Shown here piece after piece: positions 59,461 through 64,000 of a DNA stretch of 64,000 nucleotides (the stretch's first letter is position 1; each line of letters opens with the position of its first letter). This DNA comes from Octopus vulgaris (taxonomy: Eukaryota), in contig OX597838.1 in assembly GCA_951406725.2 (NCBI GenBank), positions 1,798,001-1,862,000 on the forward strand, written 5' to 3'. A program made the translations under genes and the position numbers. Under the pieces are notes generated by a model that worked only from the letters and a program-made list of their open reading frames with translations, had not been told where the DNA came from and made no database searches.

Positions 59461-60142
59461 ATTTAACAAAATTGTATTAGCATTTATACATTTAGAGGAG
59501 TGGTGGTGGGGGACTTTTTGGGGGTAGGCATAGCGCAAAATATCATACTTGGGGAGTGGTCAAGGTAATAAAAAATAAAAAAATAAAATAAAAAAATAAA
59601 AAAATAAAAAATAAAAAATAAAAAAATAAAATAATAAAAGGATAAAATAAAAGAATAAAAATAAAAAATATAAAAAATATAAAAAATATAAAAAATATAA
59701 AAATATAAAAAATATATATGAAAAAATATATATGTGTATATATATGTGTATATATATGTATATATATATGTATGTGCTTGTATGTGTGTGTGTGTGTATA
59801 TGTGTATATGTGTTTGTATGTATATGTGTATATATGTATATGCATATGTATGTGTAAATGTATGTGCTTATGTATGTGTATGTATGTATAAAATATTATA
59901 TAATTAGGGCTTAGGAAAATAAAATAAATTACTTTGCCACATACTAAACTTTCTAGAAATAGCAGCCAATAAAGTTTTTTAGCCTCTTCCACTACTTAGA
60001 AATTTTTTCCCTCTAACATTGTTTACTCAAAATAATAATGGTCCCTTTACATACTGAACACTTGATGAACTTGATTAATAACTAATTAACTTTACCCTCC
60101 CTTGTTGATATATATATACATATGTATATGTGTACATGTATG

Positions 60143-60181
<39 letters not shown>

Positions 60182-60464
60182 ATGTGTGTATGTATGTATT
60201 TGTATATGTGTGTGTGTATATGTATGTGTGCGCGTGTGTGTGTATGTTTGTGTATGTATACTTGTATATGTATATGCATGAATGTATATATATGTGTGTG
60301 TATATGTGTATTATGTTTGTATTTATATAGATATGTAGTTTATATATATATATATGTATGTATATGCATCTGTCTGTGTGTGTGTATGTGTATATATGCG
60401 TATCATTTTTGCGTATGTATACATGTATATGTGTATATGTATGTGTGTGTGTGTGTGTACGTAT

Positions 60465-60496
<32 letters not shown>

Positions 60497-61121
60497 ATAT
60501 ATGTGTGTGTATATATATATATATATGCATGCGTATGTGTATGTACATGTATATATGTATGTGTGTATATGTATATATGTCTATATATGTGAGTATGTAG
60601 TAATATAAGTATATGCATGTGTATGTATGGGTATGTGTATCAGTGTATATGTATATATGTATGTGTGTGTGTATGTATATGTATGTATATGTGTATATAT
60701 GTATGCGTGTATGTGTATATATATATATATGCATATATATATATATGTGTATATGTGTGTGTACGTATGTGTATGTGTATGTATGTGTATGTATGTCTAT
60801 GTATGTATATGTGTGTGTTTTTTTTTTTTTTATATATATGAGTGCGTGTGTGTATGTATGCATATATGTATGTATGCATGTATATGTGTATGTATATATA
60901 TGTGTGTAAGTGTGTGCATATATGTATTTGTAAGTATGTGTGCGCGTATGAGTATGTATGTATGCTTGCACACGTGTATATATATATGTGTGTGTGTGTA
61001 TTTATATGGATGCGCGTGCGTGTGTGCACGTGTATGGGTACGCATGTATATGTGTATGTGCGTGTATGCGTATACGTGTATGTATGTATGTGTGTGCGTA
61101 GATTTGTATATGTATGTGTGA

Positions 61122-61158
<37 letters not shown>

Positions 61159-61364
61159 TATAGATGGGTGTGTGTATGCGTATAAATGCATGTAAGTATG
61201 GATGTATAGATGTATGTATGTATGTATACGTATGTATGTGTGTATGTGTGTATGTATATATATGTGTGTGTATATATGTTTGTGTATGTATATATGTGTA
61301 TGTATGTGTGTGTATGTGTATGTGTGTATGTGTAGGTATGTGTATATGTGTATATATATGTATA

Positions 61365-61404
<40 letters not shown>

Positions 61405-61860
61405 TATGTATCTGTATGTAGGAGTATATATGTGTGTGTGTGTATGTATATGCGGGTATATATATATATATATATATGTATATTTATTGGTGTATATGTA
61501 TAGACTAGCCTCTAAAGTGTAGACACGAATCTGTAGGTACGAGTACGTATGTGTATATACGTGAACGTATGTAGATGTTTGTATGTATGAATATAACGCG
61601 TGCGTACGTGTATGTGTATGAGTGTACGAATGGGTGTATGTACGTGCTAATGAGTGTGCGTGCGGGAATGAGTACTTGCCTTCTAGTAGACAGACAAACG
61701 GACAAGCAGCTATTGCCAGGATTCTTAGCCCTAGCGATCAAAGATAACAAAAGTAATAAATGAAGATAATAAAATTAAAATTAGGGAATGGGCCTGTATT
61801 GGATTGTATATATATATATGTGTGTGTATATTTGTATGTATGTATGTGTGTATGTGTAGG

Positions 61861-61911
<51 letters not shown>

Positions 61912-62313
61912 AGATATATGTGTATGTGCGTATGTGTGTGTAGATACGTATACATGTGTGTATAGGTATAAGTGAGAATCTCCTTATTTACCTATAACTC
62001 TATCCCCCTTTTTATATATATATTTTATATATTTTTATATATATATTTTATATATATATTTTTTTTATATATTTTTTTATATATATTTTTTATATTTTTA
62101 TATTTTTTATATTTTTTATATTTTTTATATTTTTATTTTATTCTTTTATTTTATCCTTTTATTATTTTATTTTTTTATTTTTATTTTTATTTTTATTTTT
62201 TTATTACCTTGACCACTCCCCCAAGTATGATATTTTGCGCTATGCCTACCCCCAAAAAGTCCCCCACCACCACTCCTCTAAATGTATAAATGCTAATACA
62301 ATTCTTGTTAAAT

Positions 62314-62364
62314 AGCTTCCTGAAGATTTCTCTTGAATGAAACAGTACTAGTCCTGTAGAAGCT
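62314..62364 (+). ncRNA. Type I hammerhead ribozyme motif
   Basis: agcttc CTGAAGA tttctcttgaat GAAA cag tactagtc ctg TA gaagct. Perfect 6-bp stem I, CUGANGA and GAAA core, stem III acag/ctgt, GUA cleavage triplet, weak stem II. Confidence 0.75.
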
Positions 62365-62375
62365 CCTTCTATATA

Positions 62376-62425
<50 letters not shown>

Positions 62426-62427
62426 TT

Positions 62428-62942
62428 GTACGCACAGCGCTACGGTTAACTCTTTTGGCAACCATCTCGCACAGACTTTACTGAAGCGAAGCTGGTTGTG
62501 GATGATTTTGTATGCAGGACCATGTTTGCAGAGAACATGCCACCTTATCGATGGTCAGTGGTCGGTTCGCGAGAACCATCACTCGAGCTTGTTGAATCGG
62601 CGTCCTGCATCCTCTTTGTGCTTCACGCTTGTCCGGCCATTATCGAACTTCTGGACCCATGAGTACACACTAATTGTACTGAAAAACTCTGCTGAATTTC
62701 AGCTCCTGACGCACTTCAGACCAGAGGAATCACCTCAATGTTCTGTGTTCTTCCTTGGTAAACATTGACAGCGGAGCGGCAATGATTACTCCATGCACAA
62801 GAAAGAGAATTGGAGTGATCAAGGTTAAGCCGCCGTTACGCAACCTGAAGTGTACCACATTTTTGCACGCGAGCGCTGAATGCGCTGCGGCCAATTGTGC
62901 GGATAATTTCTCACTTCTACTAGTATATGAATTTCCCTAGTA
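62428..62942 (-). mobile_element. mariner element 5' remnant (one TIR and N-terminal transposase)
   Basis: Minus frames give FTKEEHRTLR*FLWSE, VYSWVQKFDNGRTSVKHKEDAGR and AYKIIHNQLRFSKVCARWLPKELT (mariner WVPxEL motif). TIR-like tactagggaaattcatatactagtagaagt at the right end. Confidence 0.85.
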
Positions 62943-62967
62943 TATGTGTGTGCGTGTTGTGTGTGTG

Positions 62968-63019
<52 letters not shown>

Positions 63020-63029
63020 AGTGTGTTCT

Positions 63030-63067
<38 letters not shown>

Positions 63068-63940
63068 TGTATGAATATCTATATATCTGTCTGTACACAC
63101 ATACATGCACACATGGAGTGTTGAAATCACTTGAAACAGAGATTCGCGAGACAATACGCCAAAGTGCGAACCTTTGTTGCACCAGCGTTATCGCTCTGTT
63201 GCCATCGACCACCGTAACAGTCCAAGTTGAGAAGGAAGTCAATTAAGGGGACATTTTCTCTGCAAAGCTGATCAAGCATGTCTAGAAATTACTCGTCAGA
63301 GGCCAGTGAGGTGAGCGTCGGTGTCGAGCGAAACACAGAGCTCCGATTCGAAGATAACATCGGACACATCGCCGGAAGCAAGAGGCCATGCTGACGGAGC
63401 TCGACACCCATTACTCATGAAATCAAGAGAGATGCGGTGGAATAGGGGTGGGAAGTGATGCAATCGGGGGGTTCGAGTGTTTCGTTGGGCACAGAATATG
63501 TGCCGAGACATGGAAAGCTGAAATGTCGAGATGAATAAGGAGAGAACGGAACGCATTTGCCTCGATAAAGGATTTTGAAGAAACAAAGATGGACAACAGC
63601 AGACATCGGAAACTCTTCAGTAATGACAAATGCAATGACAGCAGCAGCAGCAACAACAACAACAACAACACTCGCAATAAGAGCGAGTTAATGCAATTTG
63701 ACTCGTTTGCTTTTCATCCGTTTCTCCTGCACGAATCGATCTGCAGCGGAGCAATAAATACGACAGCAGCAACAACAGCAATAATGGCAACAAGATTTAC
63801 AACAACAACAACAAAAACAATAAACCCAGCAATAATTTCAAATTATCCGTCATGCTTAACCCCTTTCCAACCACGACCACCACCACCACCACCGTTACCG
63901 CTGCCGCTGCCATCACCATTAAGATTACTACTACTACTAT

Positions 63941-63986
<46 letters not shown>

Positions 63987-64000
63987 GCTGCTGCTACTGC

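Larger units (their letters stand above)
59325..62380. mobile_element. Non-autonomous Penelope-like/retrozyme-like element with inverted ~310-340-bp arms
   Basis: 59394-59730 is the reverse complement of ~62075-62380 (near identical). Each arm carries a hammerhead motif. The interior is mostly (TG/TA/TATG)n with no credible ORF. Confidence 0.7.

Overview
This is an AT-rich, microsatellite-saturated animal genomic window. The SINE/LINE repertoire and (TA)n/(TACA)n/(TAA)n/(GATA)n density suggest an octopod cephalopod (inference). Nearly all listed ORFs are simple-repeat artefacts. One spliced + strand host gene is supported by three phase-compatible exons (6916-9323, 19085-19286, 23452-23559). 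They encode the probable end of a cyclic-nucleotide-binding domain, an ~780-aa low-complexity tail and a coiled coil, consistent with the C-terminus of a CNG/CNGL-like channel (tentative). The rest is mostly repeats: two tandem R4/Dong-clade LINE copies in (TAA)n, a second REL-type LINE end next to (TACA)n, Tx1-like and CR1-like LINE 3' fragments, pogo/Tigger and Tc1/mariner remnants, a MITE, four tRNA-derived SINE families and a tRNA-Asp pseudogene. The most notable structure is a ~3-kb non-coding element (59325-62380) whose inverted arms each carry a type I hammerhead ribozyme motif (Penelope/retrozyme-like). Several decayed hammerhead relics and long fold-back inverted repeats are also present.
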